Source of the DNA: Candidatus Woesearchaeota archaeon
GTDB lineage: Archaea > Nanobdellota > Nanobdellia > Woesearchaeales > JACPBO01
Direction of reading: 5' to 3'
Assembly (NCBI GenBank): GCA_030651135.1
Contig: JAUSCS010000006.1
Span: 650,160 to 714,159, forward strand
DNA: 64,000 bases
Shown here: piece by piece, positions 9,996 through 19,375 of the stretch
Position numbering within the stretch: the stretch's first letter is position 1
Layout: each line of letters opens with the position of its first letter
Notes under the pieces: generated by a model
Seen by the model: the letters and a program-made list of their open reading frames with translations, nothing else
Database searches by the model: none
What the model was told of the DNA's origin: nothing
Program-made: the position numbers and the translations under genes

Positions 9996-10612
9996 CTTAG
10001 GTATTTTCTTATTTCATCAACACTAAATTGTCCCGCTGTTGTTTTTTTATCTTTGCTTAATGCAGCAAACGTCAGATAATTTTTTGGATGAATTCTTGTT
10101 CCTCTTCCTAATTCACCAATGCTGATTCCTATTATCGGCTTTTTTGCAAATCCAATTAACTGCATCATTCTTTTTACATCATCATATGTGTTTGCTTTAA
10201 CAGCTAACTTTGCAATGTCTGCGCCCTTAGCTGTAATTCTTTTATAAATTTCTCCGAGATTTTCAGGTGTTTTATTAATATCATGATATGCCACAATTAA
10301 TTTTGTCTTATCTCTTCTTAACAGATGAAAATAATTCAGCTCAACAGTAACATAATCCACGCCAAGATCGCATGCTTTCTGCAAATAAGCTGCTCTCTCA
10401 TTCTCGCTGCCTGAAAACCTTCCGCCTTCTTTCTTAGGCATACAGGTTAAAATAACTGGCTTTTCCGAACATTTTAAAAGTTCTTCTAAATCCTGTTTTT
10501 TTAAATAATCAAGCCTGATTTCAACAATATCTGCCTTTTCTGAAGCAATTTTTATACTTTTTATAGCTTCCTTAATTGTTTCTTCTCCAACAGATACAGC
10601 AACTAAGGTCAT
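9992..10612 (-). CDS. aroD: 3-dehydroquinate dehydratase type I
   Basis: EIRLDYL...[11 protein letters not shown]...GVDYVTVEL...GADIAKLAV matches the AroD family pattern. Its stop overlaps the mre11 start. Confidence 0.75.
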   Translation of the reverse strand: MTLVAVSVGEETIKEAIKSIKIASEKADIVEIRLDYLKKQDLEELLKCSEKPVILTCMPKKEGGRFSGSENERAAYLQKACDLGVDYVTVELNYFHLLRRDKTKLIVAYHDINKTPENLGEIYKRITAKGADIAKLAVKANTYDDVKRMMQLIGFAKKPIIGISIGELGRGTRIHPKNYLTFAALSKDKKTTAGQFSVDEIRKYLR

Positions 10613-12138
10613 TGCATATTCACTCCGCTAAAATCATTCTTTATCTTGCTTTTATTGATTAATGTTTCCTTTACAACATCTTCAAAAAGCGGGATCTTTA
10701 CGGGAGTTGCGAATTTTGTGAAGTTGCTCGTTATCAGTGCCTCGCCTTTGTCAAGCGATGCTATATTCCTATCATCATCACTCAGATCCTGCGATGCAGA
10801 CTCAATTACAGCAAGCCTTTCGCTTTTCATCTCTATGCCGAGGATTATTTTTGTGTTTATATTGGCAAGAATTTCTTTTGGAATCAATGATGGAAGCTGT
10901 GTTATCGCAACCAAGCCTACTTTAAACTTTCTTCCTTCCCTTGCAATTGTTGAAAATATATTCGGGCCTTTTTCAAGCACATCCCTGCCAAGAACGCGAG
11001 GTGCTTCTTCCAGAATAATTGATATTATCGGCTTATCCTTAAGCTCGCCAGTCCTTTTATAGTTCTTGTATTTACTGAATATTTCAGACGCTATCATGCT
11101 GCCAATTAATATCTCAACTGCGCTGTCAAAATCTGAAGTGTCAACTATAACCGTCTTTGATTCTTCAAGCTCTTTTACAATGTCTTTTATTGTTGCTGAC
11201 CCGGCGTTCAATTCAAAGATCCCGGATGTTGTCAGCTGCACTCCGTCCCATTCAAGATCCAGCAGATTCATCAACTTTCTTTTCACAACTCCTACAGTCT
11301 GCTCTGCAAATCTTCCTTCAACCAGTTTCTCAAGTATTATTGCTTCAATCCAGCTGCCGCCGTATTTCTTGTTGAACATATCAAGGCAGTCTTTTTGCGG
11401 GTCGCTCCAGTCCACAACGCCGTTAAGGTGATGCGGCCTTATTGTTTCAAGATTTATCTTCAATGTCCTGCATCCTGGCGGAGCATCTTTTGAAGTGTAA
11501 TAAACAATTTTGTCTTTTGAAGGATGGTCCTTTAATCCAAGCTTATTTCTGCCGTAATACTCGTCGTGAGGGTCTAAAACCAGAATTCCGCAGTAATCCT
11601 TGTCAGCTGCATTCCACAGCATGATGCTTGTCAAATTAGATTTTCCCCTGCCCGTCGTAGCTGGAATTAAGATATGATGAGCGAATATTTCAGATCCATC
11701 AAGAACAATATCAACATCAACAATCTTTGATCCGCTCCTCAATTTTCCGATATACAACGGATTTTTCGGGATGCTGATAAACCCCAAGTCAGATTTTTCA
11801 ACAGCTCTTGTATTTGAAAAGAAATTCGGCAGCTCTTTGCACAAGCCGTGCTTATTATCTTTTATTGTCAATAAATTTTTAAGAAAAGCTACCCTGTAAT
11901 TCCTTATGTTTGCGTCCATAAATTCAGCGCTTGCATTTTCTTCAAGGTTCATGCCCGAAATAAGCTCAAGATTCTGCTGCGAGATCTGTGAGCTGTAATT
12001 AAGATCATAAACCTGGAGCAATACCTTGCCGCAGTCTATGTCGCCGATTAATAACTCCCCTATTTCAAGGCCAGCTCCAGCTTTCTCCCGCATTATTACA
12101 TTATTGAAGCTGCCCCCGATAACCATGCCTTTGATCAT
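10609..12138 (-). CDS. herA: HerA-like FtsK/HerA-superfamily ATPase (DUF87)
   Basis: N-terminal barrel region followed by Walker [17 protein letters not shown] and [12 protein letters not shown]; 509 aa. Confidence 0.6.
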   Translation of the reverse strand: MIKGMVIGGSFNNVIMREKAGAGLEIGELLIGDIDCGKVLLQVYDLNYSSQISQQNLELISGMNLEENASAEFMDANIRNYRVAFLKNLLTIKDNKHGLCKELPNFFSNTRAVEKSDLGFISIPKNPLYIGKLRSGSKIVDVDIVLDGSEIFAHHILIPATTGRGKSNLTSIMLWNAADKDYCGILVLDPHDEYYGRNKLGLKDHPSKDKIVYYTSKDAPPGCRTLKINLETIRPHHLNGVVDWSDPQKDCLDMFNKKYGGSWIEAIILEKLVEGRFAEQTVGVVKRKLMNLLDLEWDGVQLTTSGIFELNAGSATIKDIVKELEESKTVIVDTSDFDSAVEILIGSMIASEIFSKYKNYKRTGELKDKPIISIILEEAPRVLGRDVLEKGPNIFSTIAREGRKFKVGLVAITQLPSLIPKEILANINTKIILGIEMKSERLAVIESASQDLSDDDRNIASLDKGEALITSNFTKFATPVKIPLFEDVVKETLINKSKIKNDFSGVNMQ

Positions 12139-12226
12139 AGAAGGAGTTATTTCTCTGTTGTTTTTATAGTTTTTGCTTTAAAATATGATTTAGAAATTAA
12201 AAAAATAAAAAAAAGAAACAGAAAAT

Positions 12227-12454
12227 TTATCTTCCTCTCGCCATCTTTGCGGCTGATACATTGCCTTTCTTGTCGATGAAGTACAAGTATCCTTTCTTTT
12301 TCGTGATGCTGCATTTTGCAACAACTTCAATCTTGGCCTTGCCCTTTTTCTTTCCGCGGGCCATCTTGGCTCTTGCTACGTTTCCTTTCTTGTCCACAAA
12401 ATACAGATATCCTTTTTCTTTCTTTACTCCAACTTTTGCTATTTGTTCTGCCAT
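12227..12454 (-). CDS. 75-aa basic protein with an internal tandem duplication (KGYLYF[VI]DKKGNV[AS]xAKMARG x2)
   Basis: The two halves are near-identical at protein level. A strong SD (AAAGGAGGTA) sits 8 nt upstream of the ATG. Confidence 0.5.
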   Translation of the reverse strand: MAEQIAKVGVKKEKGYLYFVDKKGNVARAKMARGKKKGKAKIEVVAKCSITKKKGYLYFIDKKGNVSAAKMARGR

Positions 12455-12573
12455 TTATACCTACCTCCTTTTATTTTATGGTTAATAAGACACACCCCCT
12501 ATGATGTTAGTCTTATGTTTTAAATAATAAGCCAGCTTATTTAAATACTTTTCGATTTTACGTCTATAAATCA

Positions 12574-13281
12574 TTATTTTCTCGTCTCGATCTTTATTAT
12601 TTTGTTGATCTCTTTTGAGGAGACGGCGCAGCCCCTGACTTTCAACCCCCACAATACAGCATCCAGAAGGGTTTTTTCAGGTTCAGGAATTGTTTTTATG
12701 ATGTATTTATCCAAAAATCCCAATTCATAAGCAACAGCAATCAATTCAACAGACCTTATTATTTTTAGATTTTCAGTTTCTTTTCTGAATTTTGAAAGGG
12801 CTTCTTTGTTTATTTCTATCTTCGTGTTTAGTTTGTTTTTCAGCAGTTTTGCCAATCTTTCAGGATTTTCTATCAAAAGCCTGACTGTTCTCTCATCTAT
12901 TATTAAGGCTTCAGCATCAAGAACAATGGTTGCTGCTATTGACATAGCATCGCCCAAATGGACAATATTGATGTAATTGTTTTGCGCAGTGAAGCAATGA
13001 TTGGCCAGATCCAGCAGCTCCATTCCCTTGTTTTTTATCTTTTCATTTTCGACGACATTCAGTACACCTTTGTTTATCAGATCCAGCACCTGTATTGCTT
13101 CAAACTCGAATCTTTTTGTGTTTAAAGGCCGGTCAACAAGCTCGTATTTTATCATATTTGCTATATAAAATTCACCTTTAAAATTTTCTTTCAGCTTTTC
13201 CATGATCCACAATAAGCTGTTAACGCTTAAGCTTATTATCGGGCCGCTGTCAAAAACCAATGATCTCATATCAAGCACCAA
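12574..13281 (-). CDS. hypothetical protein, possible PIN-like nuclease fold
   Basis: N-terminus VFDSGPIISL plus scattered D/E residues; this is weak. Confidence 0.3.
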   Translation of the reverse strand: MVLDMRSLVFDSGPIISLSVNSLLWIMEKLKENFKGEFYIANMIKYELVDRPLNTKRFEFEAIQVLDLINKGVLNVVENEKIKNKGMELLDLANHCFTAQNNYINIVHLGDAMSIAATIVLDAEALIIDERTVRLLIENPERLAKLLKNKLNTKIEINKEALSKFRKETENLKIIRSVELIAVAYELGFLDKYIIKTIPEPEKTLLDAVLWGLKVRGCAVSSKEINKIIKIETRK

Positions 13282-13810
13282 AAATATTTCTTGCCAATTC
13301 GAGCCTCTTTTTTATATCAGTTATTTTGCCTTCTTCTGTTATGCTGGTCTTTCCTATATAGCTCATCAGCTCCCACTGGGATATACCCAATAGCTCAGAA
13401 GCCTGGGCAATAGAAAGTCCATGCTCATACAGTTTGCTGCCTTTCTTTACCTCAGCCTGCTTTATAACCTCATCTATATACTGTTTTAATTTAACATCAA
13501 CCTTGGAAATTAACTCGAGGATATTCTTAATGGCATCCTGGTATTCTTTTGTTTTATCTTTAATTAAAAGGTCATAAGCATCTTTTAATTTTTTCACTAT
13601 TTCTGCATCAATGCTGCCTGTTCTCTCCATTATTTTTGACATGGCGTATATTATAATTGCAATCGAGATGGAATCCCTGTCCTGGAATATGGATGCATTA
13701 TGTATTGTATGGTTGCTTATCTTTTTAAGATCAACAAAATTTTTTTGCCCTATAAGAATAAGTCCGTCATCAATGATCTTAAGTATGTCTTTTTTGACTA
13801 TCTTATTCAT
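13271..13810 (-). CDS. hypothetical protein with C-terminal HTH
   Basis: C-terminus LSIAQASELLGISQWELMSYIGK is HTH-like. Overlaps the downstream ORF (ATGA). Confidence 0.4.
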   Translation of the reverse strand: MNKIVKKDILKIIDDGLILIGQKNFVDLKKISNHTIHNASIFQDRDSISIAIIIYAMSKIMERTGSIDAEIVKKLKDAYDLLIKDKTKEYQDAIKNILELISKVDVKLKQYIDEVIKQAEVKKGSKLYEHGLSIAQASELLGISQWELMSYIGKTSITEEGKITDIKKRLELARNIFGA

Positions 13811-13879
13811 AAGTTAATTTTTTAATTTTGGATTATTTAAAGGTTATTGTTTTAAACCCGCTAGTTAGAATTCAAACTA

Positions 13880-13981
13880 TTACTTTCTTGCTCTTCTTCT
13901 CTTCTCGCGCTTCATTCTCTTGCGCTGCCACTTCCATCGCATTTGCCTTTTCTTCTTCCATCTACGTGAGCTTCTTTTCAT
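13880..13981 (-). CDS. rpl41e: 50S ribosomal protein L41e (33 aa)
   Basis: Micro-ORF below the track cutoff: MKRSSRRWKKKRQMRWKWQRKRMKREKRRRARK. The RWKKKR.MRWKW core and the Arg/Lys run are typical of L41e. Confidence 0.55.
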   Translation of the reverse strand: MKRSSRRWKKKRQMRWKWQRKRMKREKRRRARK

Positions 13982-14044
13982 AGCGTTCGAAATAAGGGGT
14001 TTCTATTTAAATGTTTTTATTTTGTTAAGTGCACTTTTTAACTA

Positions 14045-14245
14045 ATGAAAGCGCCGACTATGGCGGTGCGACGGATATTTTCCTGCGGAAAATGTCCTAC
14101 GCGACAGCCCGTAGGGCGCAACCCCAGTCGCGCCGCACGCCACGTCGGCGCTGACCTGACGGGGGATGTCCCTTACGGGGTGGCAGGTAGCACAAGCGAA
14201 TGTAATGAGCTTGTGCGTCAGCCGCCGTTGTGGTGGCGTGCGGCT
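14045..14245. ncRNA. GC-rich (about 60% vs 35% background) structured RNA candidate of unknown class (SRP RNA-like or other); strand not assigned
   Basis: An abrupt GC island in an intergenic gap. Long helices are possible: 14051-14070 with 14133-14151 (about 16 bp), GCACAAGC/GCUUGUGC (14200-14226), and 14133-14142 with 14235-14244. The overlapping 98-aa ORF is Arg-rich and non-protein-like. Confidence 0.45.
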
Positions 14246-14368
14246 ATGAAGTTTAAAATTTTACTTTACATATTTTGCATTTATCCGCCAAATCACCAAA
14301 ATCTTTATATATTAGTTATTATTATGAAATGGAAACAATAGATAATTACTTCAAAATGGGGTGGAAAC

Positions 14369-15628
14369 ATGAGGGGTGTAAGATATTTAATTTTGTTGAG
14401 TGTAGTTCTACTGTTAGCTGGCTGCTATAAATATCCAGATTATTTTCCTGGATTGGTTCCTGCTTCGAATGGAACAGGCATTATAGCGCCTTTAAATGCA
14501 ACGCCGCCAGTAAGTGAAGATGTAACCGCAAACATAACTCCTCAGCCTGAAGAGCCCCCGCAGGAGCTGGCAGCATTGACAACTATTTCAGTCAGCGAAG
14601 GCGATTTAGTGAAGCTAAAGCTTGTTGCAGCTGATCCAGACGGCGATGCCCTAACATATACCTATGGCCCGCCATTGAACGAGAAGGGAGAATGGCAGAC
14701 AAAATTGGGTGATATGGGGGAATACAGGGTGACAATAACAGTTTCTGATGGAACAACAGGCGTTTCAAAAGACATCACAATAATTGTAAAGAAAACAAAC
14801 AAGGCTCCAGCAATTACGTCATTCAAGCCTTCTGATTTGATAGCGAACAGCGATGAAGGAAAAACAACTGAATTTAAAGCAGAAGCCACTGACCCGAATA
14901 AGGATGCATTGACATATTTATGGAAAGTTGATGATAAAGAAGTGTCAACTAAGGACTTTTACCTGTATGATCTAAGCTATGACTCTGCAGGCCAGCACAA
15001 AGTAACTGTCGTCATTTCAGATGGCGCTTTGGAAGCATCGAAGGAATGGATAGTTAATGCTGCAAATATCAACAGGCCGCCAGTAATTCAGGACATGGAT
15101 CTGATAAAAGTGAAGGCAAGCGAAACAGTTGAAGTAAGGCCTGTTGTGGTTGACCCAGACGGCGACAAGGTTGATATTACAATATCTGCTCCTTTGACAA
15201 CAGGAACGTGGAAAACCAGCTACAGGGATGCAGGAACTTACACAATAACAGTATCTGCTTCAGACGGCAAGGATATTGCAACAAAGACAGTTGCAATTGA
15301 TGTTATTGAAAGCAACAAGCTGCCTGTGCTGAATAAGATAGATGACATTTCAGCAAATGAAGGTGATATTGTGAAAATCAACGTAGATGCAGCTGATTCA
15401 GATGGCGATGAATTGACAATAACAGTAAGCGGATGGGTGACTTCAACAACTTATCAAACAACATATGATGACGCGTATCCGAAAGGATGCAATGCAAAAG
15501 GATGCACAGCAACATACAATGCAAGGGTTACAGTAAGCGACGGCAAGGAGAGTGTCAGCCAGGATCTGAAGATCTCGGTGAAAGATGTCAACAGGCCGCC
15601 TGTAATCGGCGACATTACGCAAAGTTAA
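14369..15628 (+). CDS. secreted protein with four tandem Ig-like/cadherin-like repeat domains (AADPDGDxLTY motif)
   Basis: Signal peptide with LLAGC, then about 90-aa repeats each with a DPDGD...TY...VSDG core joined by NRPPVI linkers. Confidence 0.6.
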   Translation: MRGVRYLILLSVVLLLAGCYKYPDYFPGLVPASNGTGIIAPLNATPPVSEDVTANITPQPEEPPQELAALTTISVSEGDLVKLKLVAADPDGDALTYTYGPPLNEKGEWQTKLGDMGEYRVTITVSDGTTGVSKDITIIVKKTNKAPAITSFKPSDLIANSDEGKTTEFKAEATDPNKDALTYLWKVDDKEVSTKDFYLYDLSYDSAGQHKVTVVISDGALEASKEWIVNAANINRPPVIQDMDLIKVKASETVEVRPVVVDPDGDKVDITISAPLTTGTWKTSYRDAGTYTITVSASDGKDIATKTVAIDVIESNKLPVLNKIDDISANEGDIVKINVDAADSDGDELTITVSGWVTSTTYQTTYDDAYPKGCNAKGCTATYNARVTVSDGKESVSQDLKISVKDVNRPPVIGDITQS

Positions 15629-15668
15629 TTTTATTTTTTTTATTTATTTTTATGGGGGTAAGGCGCTA

Positions 15669-17084
15669 ATGAAGAAATTACTTATTGCAATAGTTTTAAT
15701 GTTAGTATTATCTTTTTCTGTATTCGCTGTTACAAATCTTACAGTTGATGAAGGAAAGCTGCTGAAAGTCAAAGTAAATACTTATGATCCTGACAAGGAC
15801 AAGCTGACAATAAACTATGCATCACCTTTAAACTCGAAAGGAGAATGGAGGCCGGATTTTAATCAGTCAGGGGATTACAAAAGCTTTGTTTCTGTGTCTG
15901 ACGGCGAGTTTGTCATCTCAGATGAGCTAAACATAAAAGTCATAGATATTGACAGGCCGCCAATATTTAATCCAGTCAGGATTGCTGCTGTGAATGAGAC
16001 GCAGGAAGTTTCGTTTGATGCAAGCGCTTACGATCTTGACGGTGATTTTATTACAATAAGCGCAGTAAGCCTGCCGGAAGGCGCAATTTTCTCCAATAAT
16101 CATTTTTCTATGCCTACAAGCTATGACGCAGTCAAAAAGAACTGGTTTTCCAGATTGATAGATAATCTGCCGTTTGTTAAAATAAGCAAAACATTTGATG
16201 TAAAATTAAAGGCAATCGGCAGGACAGCATATTCTGAAAAGAATTTCAAAGTAAAGGTTTATGATGTCAACAGGCAGCCTGTTTTGGCTGCTCTTGCGCC
16301 GATAACAGTCAATGAAGGCGAAGAGGTTGTAATTAATCCCTCTGCAGCAGATCCTGACAATGATAAAATAAAATACAGCTACAGCGGATGGATGGATTCA
16401 AATAAAAAAATAACCGGCTATGATGATGCCGGAGTGCAGATTATAACTGTAAAGGCATCTGACGGATTTTTATCTGATTCAAAAGATGTTTCTGTAATTG
16501 TGAACAATGTAAACAGAGCTCCTGTATTTGATCCGATAAAGAATGCTGCTGTTAAGGAAGGCGATGAGATTATTATCGATCTTAAAGCAGCTGACCCAGA
16601 TGGCGATGCCCTGATATTTTCCTCTCTAAATATTCCCTATAATTCAACCTTGACTGAGAACAGGTTTATCTACACGCCAAGTTATGACGTTGTAACGCAC
16701 GAAGATGCCAAAACAAGGCAGAAGAAATTCAATATTACATTCACGGCAAGAGACAGCAGCGGCCTTAATGCAACGCAAAATTTCACATTAACAGTCAAGG
16801 ATTTTAATAGGGCGCCTGTTATAAATGATTCTGAGCCTAGCGGAGAAAAGATAAAAGCATATGTCGGCGCAAAGGTAAGGTTCAGCGTAAATGCCTCAGA
16901 CCCTGATGATGACAATCTGACTTATTCATGGCATTTTGGATTTCTGGATACGCGCAAAGGAAAAGACGCAATAACGATGAAGTTCACATCATCAGGGACA
17001 AAGAAGATCGCAGTGACAGTTTCAGACGGCCAGACAACAGCGAAGAAAGAATGGATTGTTGAAGTGCTGTCGAAGAAGAAATAA
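15669..17084 (+). CDS. secreted protein with tandem Ig-like/cadherin-like repeat domains (paralog of the upstream gene)
   Basis: Signal peptide; repeats with ADPDGD/ADPDND, VSDG and NR(A/P)PV linkers. Confidence 0.6.
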   Translation: MKKLLIAIVLMLVLSFSVFAVTNLTVDEGKLLKVKVNTYDPDKDKLTINYASPLNSKGEWRPDFNQSGDYKSFVSVSDGEFVISDELNIKVIDIDRPPIFNPVRIAAVNETQEVSFDASAYDLDGDFITISAVSLPEGAIFSNNHFSMPTSYDAVKKNWFSRLIDNLPFVKISKTFDVKLKAIGRTAYSEKNFKVKVYDVNRQPVLAALAPITVNEGEEVVINPSAADPDNDKIKYSYSGWMDSNKKITGYDDAGVQIITVKASDGFLSDSKDVSVIVNNVNRAPVFDPIKNAAVKEGDEIIIDLKAADPDGDALIFSSLNIPYNSTLTENRFIYTPSYDVVTHEDAKTRQKKFNITFTARDSSGLNATQNFTLTVKDFNRAPVINDSEPSGEKIKAYVGAKVRFSVNASDPDDDNLTYSWHFGFLDTRKGKDAITMKFTSSGTKKIAVTVSDGQTTAKKEWIVEVLSKKK

Positions 17085-17085
17085 T

Positions 17086-17703
17086 TTATTTCAGCACTTT
17101 CCCTGTTTTATTGCTCCAGAACAACAGATCAAGCTCGTCAACTGGTATTTTTACTTTTTTGGCAAATCCTTTTATTTTGTTTTCAATTTCAAGGTATTCC
17201 TTTTTGTTTTTGGGCCTTTTGTTGCTTTTCAAAACACCATGTTCCTTTAAGCAGTTCAATATGTGCCCGTCTATTATCGCCAATCCTTTATAGCCGATAT
17301 TTCTTAAAAAATGCGATGCTTCCTTAAAGCTCAATCCTTTGATGTTTTCAACAAGAAAATCTCGTGCTTCATCAGGATTTTTTGAAAGTCTTTTTAGGTT
17401 TTTTAACGCTCTTCTTGCCTCAATTATGTATCTCGACTTATTTTTGTGGAATCTTACATGCCTTATTAACAGATTTTCAAGCTCTTTTTGGCCTTTTTTC
17501 AATAAAACATTTTTATTCTGGGAAGTTATAACCTGGATTACCCTCTCTGCCTTGCTCAGCGGAGTGCATAAGCAATAGCAAAGCTCAACAAAAAGTTCTT
17601 CAATATTTTTCTTGCCGGTTTTTTCAAATTCGTTTAATCTTTTTTTTATTTCAGAGCTTTTATTCTTATGCTGCTTTTTTAAATGTTTAATTGTTTTTTC
17701 CAT
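17086..17703 (-). CDS. ogg: archaeal-type N-glycosylase/DNA lyase (Ogg, HhH-GPD family)
   Basis: GLSFKEASHFLRNIGYKGLAIIDGHIL fits the HhH-GPD family pattern (HhH plus catalytic Lys/Asp region); about 205 aa as for archaeal Ogg. Confidence 0.65.
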   Translation of the reverse strand: MEKTIKHLKKQHKNKSSEIKKRLNEFEKTGKKNIEELFVELCYCLCTPLSKAERVIQVITSQNKNVLLKKGQKELENLLIRHVRFHKNKSRYIIEARRALKNLKRLSKNPDEARDFLVENIKGLSFKEASHFLRNIGYKGLAIIDGHILNCLKEHGVLKSNKRPKNKKEYLEIENKIKGFAKKVKIPVDELDLLFWSNKTGKVLK

Positions 17704-18014
17704 TTGTCAAATCCCCTGACTTTTCCATTGTAAACTTTAACTAATTCATTATAAAGCCCTTTAATAACATCCGAATTGCTTTCAATGAACCCATCGGCAA
17801 TATGCTCGTTGAATTTAAACTTTTTGCCGTATGCTGTTCCAATATAGACTTTTTCAAGCTTCAACATAAGATAAGGCGGGCAAAAATTTCTGCCAAGCCC
17901 ATTTTCAAACTCTACATCAAACCTTCTGCATACATCACTTACTTGTATTATTTTGTCGATAGATATATTATCACCTTTCTCGATAAGCTCCTTTATGCCA
18001 GGCAGCCCAATCAT
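17679..18014 (-). CDS. hypothetical protein
   Basis: 111-aa ORF sharing short overlaps with both neighbours; no motif. Confidence 0.3.
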   Translation of the reverse strand: MIGLPGIKELIEKGDNISIDKIIQVSDVCRRFDVEFENGLGRNFCPPYLMLKLEKVYIGTAYGKKFKFNEHIADGFIESNSDVIKGLYNELVKVYNGKVRGFDKWKKQLNI

Positions 18015-19273
18015 TTTATAAACTCTCCAAGCCCTTTCTGAACTTTTTTCTCTTCTTTGAATTCTTTTGGTTTTGTGTTATCAAAAACCGGATATCCATA
18101 TTCCCCGTCATAGCCTGGCTGTATTTTTATTTTTTCATTTCTGTTGTCGATGATCGCCTTTGCAGCCTTTTCATCAACGATTTTAAGCAGATCTTTCTCT
18201 TCAGCATTTAATAAAATATTAAACTCATTCCCAAACTGGGCAATTAAGTCATTGAAAATCTTCCATGTCTTTGCAGTAGCTATCCCGGATCCAATGACTG
18301 CAGATATTATCTCTGACAATGGAATTAGTTTTTTGAATGGAACTGCATCTTTTGGAACAAAACCTTCAGGCCTGTCTGCCAGTTCTTCAATGCGGTGCGC
18401 CACTCCTATAATCAGTTTTCTGCCGCATTTCGGGCAGATATTTTTGATTTTTATTGATTCTGAGGGAGACATGCACACGTGGCAGAGCCTATGCCCGTTG
18501 TAATGGTATTTTCCATAGCCAGGATCAACTTCAACAGTCTCCTTAAATCCTTGTTTTGTTCTTATGGCATTGATTATATTTTTATAAGTTAACTCTTTCA
18601 GTTCGAAAACATTTGCTTCCCTTCCAATGCGCCATGGCCAGTAAGAATGCGAGTCAGAGTTTGAAACAAGCGAGAATTTATCTAATTTTGATAATCGCCA
18701 GTTCATTGCAGGATCGCTTGACATCCCGGTTTCCAAAGCATGAATGTATTTTGTCTTTTCCATAAAGCATTCTTCGACTGAATCAAAGCCGGACATTGAG
18801 CCGAATATCGCGAACCAAGGTGTCCATACATGTGCCGGTATGATCTCAATATCACTGTCAATCTTCATCAAATCATCGACTAATTCAATGCAAGAGTAAG
18901 ATCCGAAAATCGGCCTTCCGTCTGCTTTCAGCTTGCCTTTTTTCGACAGCAGTTCGTTTATTTGATCAACAACTTCAAAGCTTTTGGCAAGCAATATATT
19001 ATGGACTTTCCTTAATTTATTACCTTGATTGTAAATATTGCTGACTTCTGCCTGAAGAACAAAATTAAACCCAGTCTTTGTCTTTAAAATGCCTGTTTCA
19101 TCTTCAGTTAGCTCTTTTTTCAATTCAGCAAGCCATTCTGGATGCGTAAAGTCGCCTGTTCCAAAAACATCTAAGCCTTTTATTCTGGCGTATTTCTCAA
19201 GGTTCGGAATAGTAAGATCTTTGCTTGTTGCCCTTGAGAAGCGGCTGTGCAGATGCAAGTCAGCTATTATCAT
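18011..19273 (-). CDS. endoQ: endonuclease Q-like PHP-domain nuclease with C-terminal zinc finger
   Basis: The track start at 19348 adds an improbable hydrophobic leader. The likely start MIIADLHLHSRFS (PHP motif) is at 19273, with a TATA (TTTTATATAAAA) about 20 nt upstream. Zn finger CPKCGRKL near the C-terminus. Confidence 0.55.
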   Translation of the reverse strand: MIIADLHLHSRFSRATSKDLTIPNLEKYARIKGLDVFGTGDFTHPEWLAELKKELTEDETGILKTKTGFNFVLQAEVSNIYNQGNKLRKVHNILLAKSFEVVDQINELLSKKGKLKADGRPIFGSYSCIELVDDLMKIDSDIEIIPAHVWTPWFAIFGSMSGFDSVEECFMEKTKYIHALETGMSSDPAMNWRLSKLDKFSLVSNSDSHSYWPWRIGREANVFELKELTYKNIINAIRTKQGFKETVEVDPGYGKYHYNGHRLCHVCMSPSESIKIKNICPKCGRKLIIGVAHRIEELADRPEGFVPKDAVPFKKLIPLSEIISAVIGSGIATAKTWKIFNDLIAQFGNEFNILLNAEEKDLLKIVDEKAAKAIIDNRNEKIKIQPGYDGEYGYPVFDNTKPKEFKEEKKVQKGLGEFIK

Positions 19274-19375
19274 GAGAAACAGGAAAACGCTTTTATATAA
19301 AAACGTTCCTACAAAAACTATATAAACAACCCCATATTCAACTATCATAATTCAACTAATCGGAGGTCAAACAAA

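Noticed and set aside
14045-14245. Assigning the GC-rich element specifically as RNase P RNA
   Set aside because: It shows only CR-II-like GGCAGGUA and some GGAAAAUGUCC resemblance. No CR-IV (GGUGAAA...GGUGCGGUAAG) or CR-V (ACAGAACCCGGCUUA) lies downstream before AT-rich DNA resumes, and roughly 200 nt is short for RNase P. The class is left open.
14045-14341. 98-aa ORF (MKAPTMAVRRIFSCGKCPTRQPVGRNPSRAARHVG...) covering the GC-rich island
   Set aside because: Arg/Pro/Gly-rich translation of a GC island with no protein-like features. Extensive self-complementarity favours a structured RNA.
19274-19348. N-terminal 25 aa (MIVEYGVVYIVFVGTFLYKSVFLFL) of the track ORF for EndoQ
   Set aside because: The hydrophobic extension is implausible for a cytosolic PHP nuclease. 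The PHP motif begins at the internal Met, and a TATA box lies just upstream of it.
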